DNA from: Candidatus Eiseniibacteriota bacterium
GTDB taxonomy: Bacteria > Eisenbacteria > RBG-16-71-46 > JABDJR01
Assembly (NCBI GenBank): GCA_963783375.1
Contig: CAWANH010000028.1
Coordinates: 1,976,327 to 2,040,326, forward strand
Reading direction: 5' to 3'
Length of the DNA: 64,000 nt
Made by a program: the position numbers and the translations under genes. Shown here piece by piece: positions 9,347 to 18,659 of this stretch. How positions within the stretch are numbered: the first letter of the stretch is position 1; every line of letters starts with the position of its first letter. A model generated the notes under the pieces. The model saw only the letters and a program-made list of their open reading frames with translations, searched no databases and was not told the origin of the DNA.

Positions 9347-10966
9347 GTGAAAGACATGGCAACCAAGGCAATCGGCACCATAGGGTTCGGCATCGTTCTC
9401 CTCCTGGGGGTAGTCGGTCCGGCGAACAAGGCAGAAGCGCTCACGACCCCGGCCCTCCTGGACACGCTCCAGCACACCGCGTTCGACTATTTCTGGAACG
9501 AGGCGAACCCGGCGAACGGCCTGATCAAGGACCGGAGCACGACCTACTCCCCCTGCAGCATCGCCTCGACGGGCTTCGGCCTCTCCGCCATCTGCATCGG
9601 GGTGGACCACGGCTGGGTTTCCCGGACCGACGGGGGGAACCGGGTGCTGACCACCCTCCAGACCCTCTGGACCAAACCCCAGGGGAGCGGGGGAAGCGGG
9701 TACATCGGGTACAAGGGGCTCTACTACCACTTCCTGGACATGACCACGGGCCTGCGTACCTGGGATTCCGAGCTATCCACCATCGACACCGCCCTTCTCA
9801 TGGCCGGGGTGCTGGACACCAAGCAGTACTTCTCGACCTCGGATACCCTGGACGTCCAGATCCGGGCCCTGGCCGATTCGATCTACTACCGCGTGGACTG
9901 GGAGTTCATGCGCGGGGTGAACCCCGGGGCCTACACCCCGATATACATGGGTTGGAAACCGGGGACCCTGTTCTCCGGGTACGGCGGCTGGTACGGCTAC
10001 AACGAGGCCATGGTCCTCTACCTCCTGGCCCTGGGGTCGCCCACCCACCCCGTGCCGGCCACCACCTGGATGACCTGGACCAGCGGCTATCAGTGGCAGA
10101 CCTGGTACGGATACACCTACGTGAACTTCCCGCCGCTCTTCGGACATCAATATTCCCACTGCTGGTTCGATTTCCGGAACCGCCCCGACGCCTACATGAC
10201 GAGCAAGGGGATCGACTACTTCGAGAACTCCCGGCGGGCGACCCTGGCCGCGCGCGAGTACTGCATCGCCAATCCGGGCGGGCATACCGGATACGGCGCG
10301 AACCTGTGGGGTCTGACCGCCAGCGACGACCCCTGGGGATACTCCGCCCACGGGGCTCCGCCGGCCCAGAACGACAACGGGACCATCACCCCGACCGCCG
10401 CGGCGAGCTCCATCCCCTTCGCCCCCGAGGTGGTGATTCCCACCCTGCACTACATGTACGACAACCTCGGGGCGGGGCTCTGGGGGCCCTACGGGTTCCG
10501 CGACGCGTTCAACCTCGACCAGGTCTGGTGGGACACCGATTACATCGGCATCGACGAGGGTCCGATCATCATCATGATCGAGAACTACCGGAACCAGGCG
10601 GTATGGAACCGGTTCATGATGAACCCCGACGTGGTGACCGGACTCCAGCAGGCCGGTTTCGCCAACGTGACCGGGGTGGGAGGCGAGGTGGCCTCGGGTT
10701 CGATCCCCCGGCGGCTGCAGCAGAACCGGCCGAACCCGTTCCGGGCCGCATCGACGATTTCGTTCCGCTTGGAGAACCCGGGGCCGGCCTCGTTGGTGCT
10801 CTACGACGCCTCGGGGAGACAGGTTCGGACGCTCCTGGACGGTTTCCAGGAGGCCGGGGATCACGAGATCCGCCTGGACGGGGGAGACCTCGCCAGCGGG
10901 GTCTACTTCTATCGACTGGACTACGAAGGCGGGCGGGAGTCGAGGCGCTGCATCGTGTTGCGCTGA
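9347..10966 (+). CDS. GH144-like (glucoamylase/DUF3131 family) endo-beta-1,2-glucanase with T9SS/FlgD-like C-terminal domain
   Basis: Motifs ELSTIDTALL, YNEAMVLYLLALGSPTH, PLFGHQYSH, WGLTASD, GIDEGPIIIMIENYR. Signal peptide. C-terminal QNRPNPF...SGVYFYRL. Alternative ATG at 9356. Confidence 0.8.
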   Translation: MKDMATKAIGTIGFGIVLLLGVVGPANKAEALTTPALLDTLQHTAFDYFWNEANPANGLIKDRSTTYSPCSIASTGFGLSAICIGVDHGWVSRTDGGNRVLTTLQTLWTKPQGSGGSGYIGYKGLYYHFLDMTTGLRTWDSELSTIDTALLMAGVLDTKQYFSTSDTLDVQIRALADSIYYRVDWEFMRGVNPGAYTPIYMGWKPGTLFSGYGGWYGYNEAMVLYLLALGSPTHPVPATTWMTWTSGYQWQTWYGYTYVNFPPLFGHQYSHCWFDFRNRPDAYMTSKGIDYFENSRRATLAAREYCIANPGGHTGYGANLWGLTASDDPWGYSAHGAPPAQNDNGTITPTAAASSIPFAPEVVIPTLHYMYDNLGAGLWGPYGFRDAFNLDQVWWDTDYIGIDEGPIIIMIENYRNQAVWNRFMMNPDVVTGLQQAGFANVTGVGGEVASGSIPRRLQQNRPNPFRAASTISFRLENPGPASLVLYDASGRQVRTLLDGFQEAGDHEIRLDGGDLASGVYFYRLDYEGGRESRRCIVLR

Positions 10967-11235
10967 GGGAGCCCGCTCCGGAGAGAGCCGGGGAGGCGGA
11001 TCGGCCTCCCCAAGAACGACACGGAGAACGGAAACGATCCGAGTTGTCGGAGCGGGGGGAGAATCATATCCCCAGCCTGAAAAAACACGGTAACTCGTTC
11101 TGCTACTTACATTTCTATTGCTTTTGGATGCCGATCGTGACATCATGATTTCATCCGGGGGTGGGCCTTTCGGATCGCCACTCCTGATGAAAGCCCGAGG
11201 AGGGCTCGAGAGACGCACAAGGAGGTTACGCAACT

Positions 11236-12045
11236 ATGAAACGGATCAGCTACACGAAGGGGATTCTTACGGTGGCGATGGCGGCGATCCTGGCCCTGGG
11301 GATCGTCTCGGTAGTCGCCGCGGCGACACCCAACCCGAACAGCGCGGTGCTGCTGGAGCGGGTCTTCAACGACTGCCCCGCCTCCGCTCTGACCTCGCTC
11401 AACAACTACCCGGCCGAGGTTTCGTTCGAAGACGTCGGAAGCGGCTGCTTCGGTTACGCCAACCTGCATTGCTGGCGCTTCTCCGAGGACGGAAGCACCC
11501 CGGCGGAGTTCGAGAACGGTTCCTCGTTCGAGTTCTCCGCGGACCTCGTGATCACCGGCGACGGCGCAGCCGAGGCGGGCCTCCAGGTCCGTCCGTGGTG
11601 GTCGGAGTCGGACGGACGCTTCAACTGCCGGACCACCGACGGCGAGATCGCCTGCTTCGGCGGCCGCCTGCCCTTCTACAGCTTCACCGCCTCCGACGGG
11701 TTGGTCTACGTGAAGGGCGACACCATCCACCTGGCGATCAACTATCAGCCGCACTGCCTGACCAGCGGCTGCCCGGCCGAGATCACCTACAGCCTGGTCT
11801 ACGGCGGGATGTCCTACTCGAGCGGCCCCCTGGCCTTCGACGAGGGGAACCCGGCCGAGGATCCTCCCCACGGTCTCTGGGGCATGCTGTCCCCGGCCTA
11901 CGTGGGCGGGCACGACCAGATCTTCTGGCAGACCGGCGGCCCGGACAGCGCGGTCAAGGTGCAGTGGTTGAACATCACGTTCGCGGAGCAGCCCGTTCCG
12001 ACCGAGCCCACCACCTGGGGCAAGGTCAAGAACCTGTACAACTAG
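11236..12045 (+). CDS. Secreted Cys-containing hypothetical protein with C-terminal TWGxxKxxY motif
   Basis: AAGGAGG RBS, signal peptide, ends VPTEPTTWGKVKNLYN. Confidence 0.8.
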   Translation: MKRISYTKGILTVAMAAILALGIVSVVAAATPNPNSAVLLERVFNDCPASALTSLNNYPAEVSFEDVGSGCFGYANLHCWRFSEDGSTPAEFENGSSFEFSADLVITGDGAAEAGLQVRPWWSESDGRFNCRTTDGEIACFGGRLPFYSFTASDGLVYVKGDTIHLAINYQPHCLTSGCPAEITYSLVYGGMSYSSGPLAFDEGNPAEDPPHGLWGMLSPAYVGGHDQIFWQTGGPDSAVKVQWLNITFAEQPVPTEPTTWGKVKNLYN

Positions 12046-12066
12046 CACCGAGTTCGATTCGCTTTG

Positions 12067-12105
12067 GGGCCGTCTCCGGTATTCCGGAGGCGGCCCTCTC
12101 TCTTT
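12067..12105 (+). terminator. Putative intrinsic terminator
   Basis: GGGCCGTCTCCGG-TATT-CCGGAGGCGGCCC hairpin followed by TCTCTCTTT, just after the 12045 stop. Confidence 0.6.
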
Positions 12106-12266
12106 GGGGGAGAATTTCCGGCCGCGGTTCGGGGTGGGGGACCCGGGGCCGCTCGGTTCCCTCCCCGCCACCCGCCGCCAGCTTCCCCGGTTCAACAACC
12201 CCGCCGCTTCGCGTAGAATCCCCGAAACGAACGTCGTTCCGTCACCTCGTCACGCGGGAGTCACCC

Positions 12267-13250
12267 ATGAGCCGTATTCTCGACACGATCCTCCTCACCG
12301 CCCTTCCCGCCTCGGGGAAGTCCGAGGTCCGCCGCTACCTGGACCGGCTGGACGCCCGGGCGGTGGCCGGAGATTTTCACATGGGCCCGATCGTCCAGCT
12401 CGACGATTACCCCTACGTGCACCTGATGCGTCGGATCTCCCAGGAGATGCGGGACGCCGGCGCCGCCCCCCTCTTCTTTCCGTCCAACGACCAGCCTTTC
12501 TCCGAGCCCAAGGACTGGGGCACCCTGATCGAGCTGGTGAACGAGGACTATCGGGACCTCCACGAACGGCCGAAGATCGAGCCGGCGTCCGCGGCGGAGT
12601 GGCTGTTCGACCGCTTCGACGCCGCCCGCTCCCGGGTGGGCGCCGACCCCGCCCTGGGCAAGCTTCCCGCGACCCTCCGGGCGCGGCTGGCCGCCGCCCT
12701 GGAGAACGAGGCGAGGGAACTCCTCGCCGAGAAGCTCGGGGGCATCCCGGAGAGCCTCGAGGGGCGGACCATCGTGATCGAGTTCGCGCGCGGGGGTCCC
12801 CAGGGGTCGTCTCTGCCCCTCGCCCCCCCCTACGGCTACGCCTACAGCTTCTCCCGCCTCTCCGACGAGATCCTGGAGAGCGCCGCCGTGCTCTACATCT
12901 GGGTCACCCCCGAGGAGTCCCGTCGGAAGAACGAGGAGCGGGCGAAGCCGGGCCCGGAGGGGGACGCCTCGATCCTCCACCACGGGGTGCCCATCGCGGT
13001 GATGCTGGGGGACTACGGCACCGACGACATGGGCTGGCTCATCGAGCAGAGCGACCGGCCGGACACCGTCCGGGTGGAGACCCGGGGAAAGACCTTCCAT
13101 CTGCCGGTGGCGCGGTTCGACAATCGGACCGACCTCACCACCTTCGTCCGGGAGGATCCCGCCGGCTGGCCCGAGGCCTCGGTGAAAGCCATCCACGCCG
13201 AGCTTCGGCGGGCCTTCGCCAAGCTGGCCGGGGTGGCGAGGAACGGCTGA
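12267..13250 (+). CDS. Hypothetical P-loop NTPase/kinase-like protein
   Basis: GGGAG RBS and ATG 12267. N-terminal Walker A-like ILLTALPASGKSE. Later IVIEFARG and VLYIWV strands as in nucleoside-kinase-like folds. Confidence 0.7.
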   Translation: MSRILDTILLTALPASGKSEVRRYLDRLDARAVAGDFHMGPIVQLDDYPYVHLMRRISQEMRDAGAAPLFFPSNDQPFSEPKDWGTLIELVNEDYRDLHERPKIEPASAAEWLFDRFDAARSRVGADPALGKLPATLRARLAAALENEARELLAEKLGGIPESLEGRTIVIEFARGGPQGSSLPLAPPYGYAYSFSRLSDEILESAAVLYIWVTPEESRRKNEERAKPGPEGDASILHHGVPIAVMLGDYGTDDMGWLIEQSDRPDTVRVETRGKTFHLPVARFDNRTDLTTFVREDPAGWPEASVKAIHAELRRAFAKLAGVARNG

Positions 13251-13480
13251 GCCGCCGGCCGGCGCCCGCCTCCTCCCGGTTCCGGATACCGGATAGGACC
13301 GGTCGGCTTTGAGATTTCCAAGCTTCGTCATGGACAGGTCGGGCTTCCGTTTCGGTCCCGAGGGGCGTAGGCTCGAAAGATAGCCGACGAGCGGCGCGAT
13401 TGTTTATCCCCCCTGGCCGTGTTTGGCGCGCCGAATCGAGGATTGTGGCGGCCGGGGCTTTCTTTTCAATCGAGGCGGTC

Positions 13481-14953
13481 ATGAACATCCTCCTGGTTTC
13501 TCCCCGCACCCCCGACACCTTCTGGAGCTTCAAGCACGCCCTGCCGTTCATCTCCAAGAAGTCCACGCTGCCGCCGCTCGGGCTCCTCACCGTGGCCGCC
13601 ATGCTGCCCGCTCGCTGGAACCTGAAGCTGGTCGATCTCGACGTCTCCTCCCTCGGCGACGACGAGATCCGGTGGGCGGACTACGTCATGGTGGGAGGGA
13701 TGATCGTGCATCGCGATTCGGCGGCCGGGATCGCCCGCCGCGCGCGGGACCTGGGGCGGACGGTCATCGGCGGCGGTCCGCTCTTCACCACCGGCCACGA
13801 GAACTTCCCCGAGATCGACCACTTCGTGCTCGGCGAGGCCGAGGGGCTCATGGACCGCGTGGTCCGGGACATGGAGGCGGGGACCCTGGCCCCCATCTAC
13901 GAGGACGCGAACCGTCCGTCCCTGGCCGGGACCCCCGTTCCCCGCTGGGATCTCATCGACCTTTCGAACTACGCCGGCATGTCGGTCCAGTTCTCCCGGG
14001 GATGCCCCTTCAACTGCGAGTTCTGCGACATCATCGTCATGAACGGACGGGTGCCCCGGACCAAGTCCCCGGCCCAGGTCGTCGCCGAGCTCGACGCTCT
14101 CCGCGGCCGGGGATGGAACGGCGAGGTGTTCCTGGTGGACGACAACTTCATCGGGAACAAGCGGCTGGTGAAGGAGCTTCTTCGCGAGCTGATCGTCTGG
14201 CGCCGCCGGACCCGGTCCCGGATGGAGTTCTTCACCGAGGCCTCGGTAAACCTCGCCGACGACCCGGAGCTTCTCGAGCTGCTTCCCGCGGCGGGGTTCC
14301 GGCGGGTCTTCCTCGGGATCGAGACCCCCCATCTCGAGAGCCTCCAGGAGTGCAGCAAGGCCCAGAACACGCGCGGCGACCTGGTGGCCTCGGTGCTTCG
14401 GATCCAGCGGGCGGGGATCGAGGTCATGGGCGGGTTCATCGTCGGCTTCGACCACGACCCCCCGGACATCTTCGAGCGGCAGTTCGAGTTCATCCAGCGG
14501 TCGGGGATCGTGACCGCGATGGTGGGGATCCTCACCGCGCTCCCCCAGACCCGGCTCTACCAACGCCTGGCCGAGGAAGGGCGGCTCCTGGGAGAGAGCT
14601 CCGGCAACAACACCGAGGCCTGCCTGAACTTCCTGCCCAAGATCGAACGCGAGGATCTGGTGGGGGGGTATCGGCGCCTGGTGCGGGCCCTCTACGAGCC
14701 GGAAGCGTTCTACGCGCGGGTAAGCCGGTTCCTCAAGGAGTCCCGGCACTCGGGACCCCGTCCCCACATCGGTGTGCGCCAGGTCCAGGCCCTGGTGAAG
14801 TCGCTCTGGAGGCTCGGGGTCCGTTCATCGGGGCGGCGGGCCTACTGGCGGTTCCTCGGGGCCACGCTGTTTCGCCGGCCGGGATCCCTGAGCACGGCGA
14901 TCACCTTCACGATCTACGGCCACCACTTCCGCCGGGTGGCGGAGACGCTATAG
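13481..14953 (+). CDS. Cobalamin-binding radical SAM protein (DUF4070-type)
   Basis: GAGG RBS, PPLGLLTVAAML B12-binding domain, SRGCPFNCEFC CxxxCxxC motif, DDNF. Confidence 0.88.
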   Translation: MNILLVSPRTPDTFWSFKHALPFISKKSTLPPLGLLTVAAMLPARWNLKLVDLDVSSLGDDEIRWADYVMVGGMIVHRDSAAGIARRARDLGRTVIGGGPLFTTGHENFPEIDHFVLGEAEGLMDRVVRDMEAGTLAPIYEDANRPSLAGTPVPRWDLIDLSNYAGMSVQFSRGCPFNCEFCDIIVMNGRVPRTKSPAQVVAELDALRGRGWNGEVFLVDDNFIGNKRLVKELLRELIVWRRRTRSRMEFFTEASVNLADDPELLELLPAAGFRRVFLGIETPHLESLQECSKAQNTRGDLVASVLRIQRAGIEVMGGFIVGFDHDPPDIFERQFEFIQRSGIVTAMVGILTALPQTRLYQRLAEEGRLLGESSGNNTEACLNFLPKIEREDLVGGYRRLVRALYEPEAFYARVSRFLKESRHSGPRPHIGVRQVQALVKSLWRLGVRSSGRRAYWRFLGATLFRRPGSLSTAITFTIYGHHFRRVAETL

Positions 14954-14958
14954 ACGGA

Positions 14959-15594
14959 TCAGGGCGCCGCCGGGGCGGTGGTCCCCGGGATCCGCCGACC
15001 CGCCTCGAAGGCGCGGCGGTTGACGTCGCGGAACCGCTCGGGGAAGCGCCCGTCCAGGGCTTCGGTCCACGCGCGCTCGCCCAGGGGGAGGAGCGCGGAG
15101 AGAACCCCCAGGAGCACGACGTTGGCCGCCCGCTTCTCGCCCAGCTCCACCGCCAGAGTCAGGGCCGGAACGGAGAGCACCCGGAACCCGTGCCCGGAGA
15201 GGAACCCGGCCACGTCCTCCGGGTAGGCGTTCTCGGCCGCACCCGGCATCCGGATGGGCTTCACCGCCTGGTCGTTGAGGACGATCGCGCCCCCGGGCTT
15301 CAGGCCGTGGGCGTAGCGGAGCGCCTCCAGGCGCTCCATCGCGTAGAGCACGTCGGCGGTTCCGGAGCGGATGAGGGGGGAGTGGACCCGGGGTCCGAAC
15401 CGGACGTGGCTCACCACGCTCCCTCCCCGCTGCGCGACCCCGTGAACCTCGGATTGCTTGGCCTCGAGCCCCTCGCCCAGGGCGGCCAGGGCCAGCACCT
15501 CGCTGGCCAGGAGCACCCCCTGTCCCCCCACTCCGGCCATGAGGACGTTGACCGCGATCCCAACCGCCGGGGAGACCCCGGTACCGGCACTCAC
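14959..15594 (-). CDS. iorB: Indolepyruvate:ferredoxin oxidoreductase subunit beta
   Basis: GVGGQGVLLAS, SEVHGVAQRGGSV, ANVVLLG. GTG start overlaps the iorA stop. Confidence 0.88.
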   Translation of the reverse strand: MSAGTGVSPAVGIAVNVLMAGVGGQGVLLASEVLALAALGEGLEAKQSEVHGVAQRGGSVVSHVRFGPRVHSPLIRSGTADVLYAMERLEALRYAHGLKPGGAIVLNDQAVKPIRMPGAAENAYPEDVAGFLSGHGFRVLSVPALTLAVELGEKRAANVVLLGVLSALLPLGERAWTEALDGRFPERFRDVNRRAFEAGRRIPGTTAPAAP

Positions 15595-17351
15595 GGCGCG
15601 GCCTCGGCGGGATGGAGGGCGCCGGGATGGCAGACCGCGGCGCACATCTCGCACCCCACGCACTGGAGGGCGTCGACGACCGGACCCTCGCCGTCCCGCC
15701 ACTCGATGGCCGGACATCCCAGCTCGTGGCAGAGCTTGCAGAGGTTGCAGTCCCCGGCGTCGAACTCGATCGGGGGACGGATCTTCTCCCGCTCCTCGGG
15801 GATGCGGAGACACGGATGCCGCGCGATCACCACCGAGGGGCCTTCGTGGCGGATGGCCGAGATCAGGATCCGGCGGAGGAGCTTGACGTCGTAGGGATCG
15901 ACGGTGCGGACGTCGGCCACCCCGATCGCCTCCACCAGGCGGACCAGGTCGACCCGGGGCGCGGCTTCCCCGTCGATGGCCCGGCCGCTGGCCGCGTTCT
16001 CCTGCTGGCCGGTCATGCCGGTGGTGGAGTTGTCGCAGATGACCAGGGTGGCTCCGCTTCCCCGGTAGACCATGTCGATGAGGCCGGGGATCCCCCCGTG
16101 GAGGAACGTCCCGTCCCCGATCACCCCCACCGCCTTGTGGGGTCCGCCGTCCCGGTTCCCCTCCCAGAACCCCACCGCGTTCCCCACGCTCGCCCCCATG
16201 CAGAACGAGGTCTGCATGGAGGAGTAGGGGGGAAGGCCGCCCAGGGTGTAGCAGCCGATGTCCCCCAGGGCGACCACGTTCTGCTTGAGCAGGGTGCTCA
16301 GCACGTAGAACACCGCGCGGTGGGGACAGCCGAGGCAGAATAGCGGCGGACGGGGGGGAATGGGGATCTCGGCCGCGAAGCCGGCCGGGGCGGGTTCACC
16401 CAGGATGGCCTGGGCCAGGATCTCGGGGTTGAGTTCCCCCATGAGCGGGATCTTCCCCTTCCCCTCGATGTTCGTGATCCCCAGGATACGAAGCTGCTCC
16501 TCCACGAAGGGCTCGCCCTCCTCGATCACGGTGACCGTGTCGAAGCGGCGGCAGAAGCTCCGGGCCAGCTCCCCCGGGAAGGGAAAGGACATCCCCAGGC
16601 GAAGGTAGGTGGCGTCGGGGAGGACCTCCCGGGCGTACTGGTAGGCCACCCCGCTGGCGATCACCCCCACCGACGGATCGCCCTCCTCCACCCGGTTGTA
16701 GGGGAAGGTCTCGCTGAACTCGCGAAGGCGGTCGAGACGATCCTCCACCGTGGGGCGCCGTCTCCGGGCGAAGGGCGGGACCAGGAACCGGGGTATGTCG
16801 GTCCGGTACTCCCGGACCGGGCCGGGCGCGGGCTCACCGAACTCCACCACCCCCTTGGCGTGGGAGATCCGGGTGGTGGACCGCAAGAGGACCGGGGTTT
16901 CGAATCGTTCGGAGATCTCGAAGGCGAGCCGGACGAAGTCCTTGGCCTCCTGGGGATCCACCGGCTCCAGGAGCGGCACCTTGGCGAACTTGGCGTAGTA
17001 CCGGTTGTCCTGCTCGTTCTGGGAGGAGTGCATGCCGGGGTCGTCGGCGGAGAGGACCACCAGCCCCCCCAGGCAGCCGGCGTAGGGAAGCACCATGAAG
17101 GTGTCCGAGGCCACGTTCAGCCCCACGTGCTTCATGGTGACCAGGGCGCGCTTTCCGGAGAGGGAGACCCCCATGCCGATGTCGAGCGCGGTCTTCTCGT
17201 TGGCCGCCCAGTGGGTCTCGATCTCGCCCCGGGCGGCCAGGGTCTCCAGGATCTCGGTGCTCGGGGTGCCGGGATAGCCGGTGGCGAAGCGCACCGAGGC
17301 CTCGTAGGCGCCCCGGGCGAAGGCCTGGTTTCCGGAGAGCAGCGCTTTCAT
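15591..17351 (-). CDS. iorA: Indolepyruvate:ferredoxin oxidoreductase subunit alpha
   Basis: GYPGTPSTE, DDPGMHSSQNEQD, CLGCPHR, GDIGCY, GDGTF TPP motif, C-terminal ferredoxin cysteines. Confidence 0.92.
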   Translation of the reverse strand: MKALLSGNQAFARGAYEASVRFATGYPGTPSTEILETLAARGEIETHWAANEKTALDIGMGVSLSGKRALVTMKHVGLNVASDTFMVLPYAGCLGGLVVLSADDPGMHSSQNEQDNRYYAKFAKVPLLEPVDPQEAKDFVRLAFEISERFETPVLLRSTTRISHAKGVVEFGEPAPGPVREYRTDIPRFLVPPFARRRRPTVEDRLDRLREFSETFPYNRVEEGDPSVGVIASGVAYQYAREVLPDATYLRLGMSFPFPGELARSFCRRFDTVTVIEEGEPFVEEQLRILGITNIEGKGKIPLMGELNPEILAQAILGEPAPAGFAAEIPIPPRPPLFCLGCPHRAVFYVLSTLLKQNVVALGDIGCYTLGGLPPYSSMQTSFCMGASVGNAVGFWEGNRDGGPHKAVGVIGDGTFLHGGIPGLIDMVYRGSGATLVICDNSTTGMTGQQENAASGRAIDGEAAPRVDLVRLVEAIGVADVRTVDPYDVKLLRRILISAIRHEGPSVVIARHPCLRIPEEREKIRPPIEFDAGDCNLCKLCHELGCPAIEWRDGEGPVVDALQCVGCEMCAAVCHPGALHPAEAAP

Positions 17352-17357
17352 GGCCGC

Positions 17358-18638
17358 CTACATCGATTCCAGGACCAGGGCGATCCCCTGACCCCCGCCG
17401 ATGCACATGGTCGCCACCCCGAACCGCTCGCCCTTCCGGCGGAGGGCGTAGGCGCAGGTGAGGGTGAGGATGGCCCCGGTGGCTCCCAGGGGATGTCCCA
17501 GGGCGATGGCGCTTCCCATGGGGTTCACCTTCTCCGGATCGATGCCCATCTTCTCGAAGTCGCGGATGCAGGCCAGGGCCTGGGGGGCGAAGGCCTCGTT
17601 CAGCTCCACCTGGTCCACGGCGTCGCCGGTGAGCCCGGCCGAGGCCAGCGCCTTCTCCACCGCGGGAACCGGCCCCCATCCCATGATCTGCGGATCGCAG
17701 GCCGCCACGCCCATTCCGGCGATCCGGGCCAGGGGTTTCAAGCCGTGCTTCCCGGCGTCGGACTCCTTCCCGATCACCATGGCCGCGGCCCCGTCCACCA
17801 CCGCGCTGGCGTTCCCCGCGGTGATCACCCCGCCGGCCTCGAACGCCGCGGGGAGCCGGGCCATCTTGGGGAGCGAGATCCCGTCCATGATGTGGGTGTC
17901 GTGCTTCACCTCGATCGACTCCGTGGTGGCGTCGCCTTCCACGGTGACCGGCTCGATCTCCTCGTCGAACCACCCGGCGTCGCGGGCGGCCTTGGCGTTG
18001 GCGTGGGAACGGAACCCGAAGCGATCGGCCTCCTCACGGCTCACGTGATAGCGCCGGCCCAGCTCCTCCGCGGTGTTGGCCATGGACATCTGCGCGCCCG
18101 GATCGTAGAGGGCCATGAGGAGGGCGTCCTGGAGATGCGTTCCGGGGGGGAGCGATTTGACGTCGACCGGCCCGTACTTCTGCACCGCCTCGCCGAGCTT
18201 CCGTCCCCGGTAGTTGTAGAGGGTGAAGGGGTACTGCATGCTCTCGGCCCCGCCCACCACCATGAACGGCCGCGCGCGATCGTGGCGCACCCCGGCCAGG
18301 ATGATCTCGGAACCCACCGCCACCGCCTCCGCCCCGCTCCCGCAGATCCGGGCCACGGTGAGGGCGGGGACATCGTCGGCGAGCCCCCCGCGCCAGCGCA
18401 TTCCCTGGGCCCCGTAGATCGAGTCCCGATGGCTGTGCTGGGCCATGCCCATCACCACGTGGCCGATCAGGGCCGGGTCGACCGGAGTGTTGCCCAGGGC
18501 GGCCCGGATGGCCGTGCCCCCGAGCTGGGTGGCGGTGAACCGCGAGAAGAGCCCCGGTCGCTGGTTGTCCTCCAGGATGTCCGCCCGGGGGGTTCGCCGC
18601 CCGCCGTCGAGGATGACGATGGATCCGTTCGTGCTCAT
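17358..18638 (-). CDS. Acetyl-CoA C-acyltransferase (thiolase)
   Basis: RICGSG, NEAF, GHPLGATG and CIGGGQG catalytic motifs. Confidence 0.9.
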   Translation of the reverse strand: MSTNGSIVILDGGRRTPRADILEDNQRPGLFSRFTATQLGGTAIRAALGNTPVDPALIGHVVMGMAQHSHRDSIYGAQGMRWRGGLADDVPALTVARICGSGAEAVAVGSEIILAGVRHDRARPFMVVGGAESMQYPFTLYNYRGRKLGEAVQKYGPVDVKSLPPGTHLQDALLMALYDPGAQMSMANTAEELGRRYHVSREEADRFGFRSHANAKAARDAGWFDEEIEPVTVEGDATTESIEVKHDTHIMDGISLPKMARLPAAFEAGGVITAGNASAVVDGAAAMVIGKESDAGKHGLKPLARIAGMGVAACDPQIMGWGPVPAVEKALASAGLTGDAVDQVELNEAFAPQALACIRDFEKMGIDPEKVNPMGSAIALGHPLGATGAILTLTCAYALRRKGERFGVATMCIGGGQGIALVLESM

Positions 18639-18659
18639 CTCTCTCCTCTCCTCGTGGAA

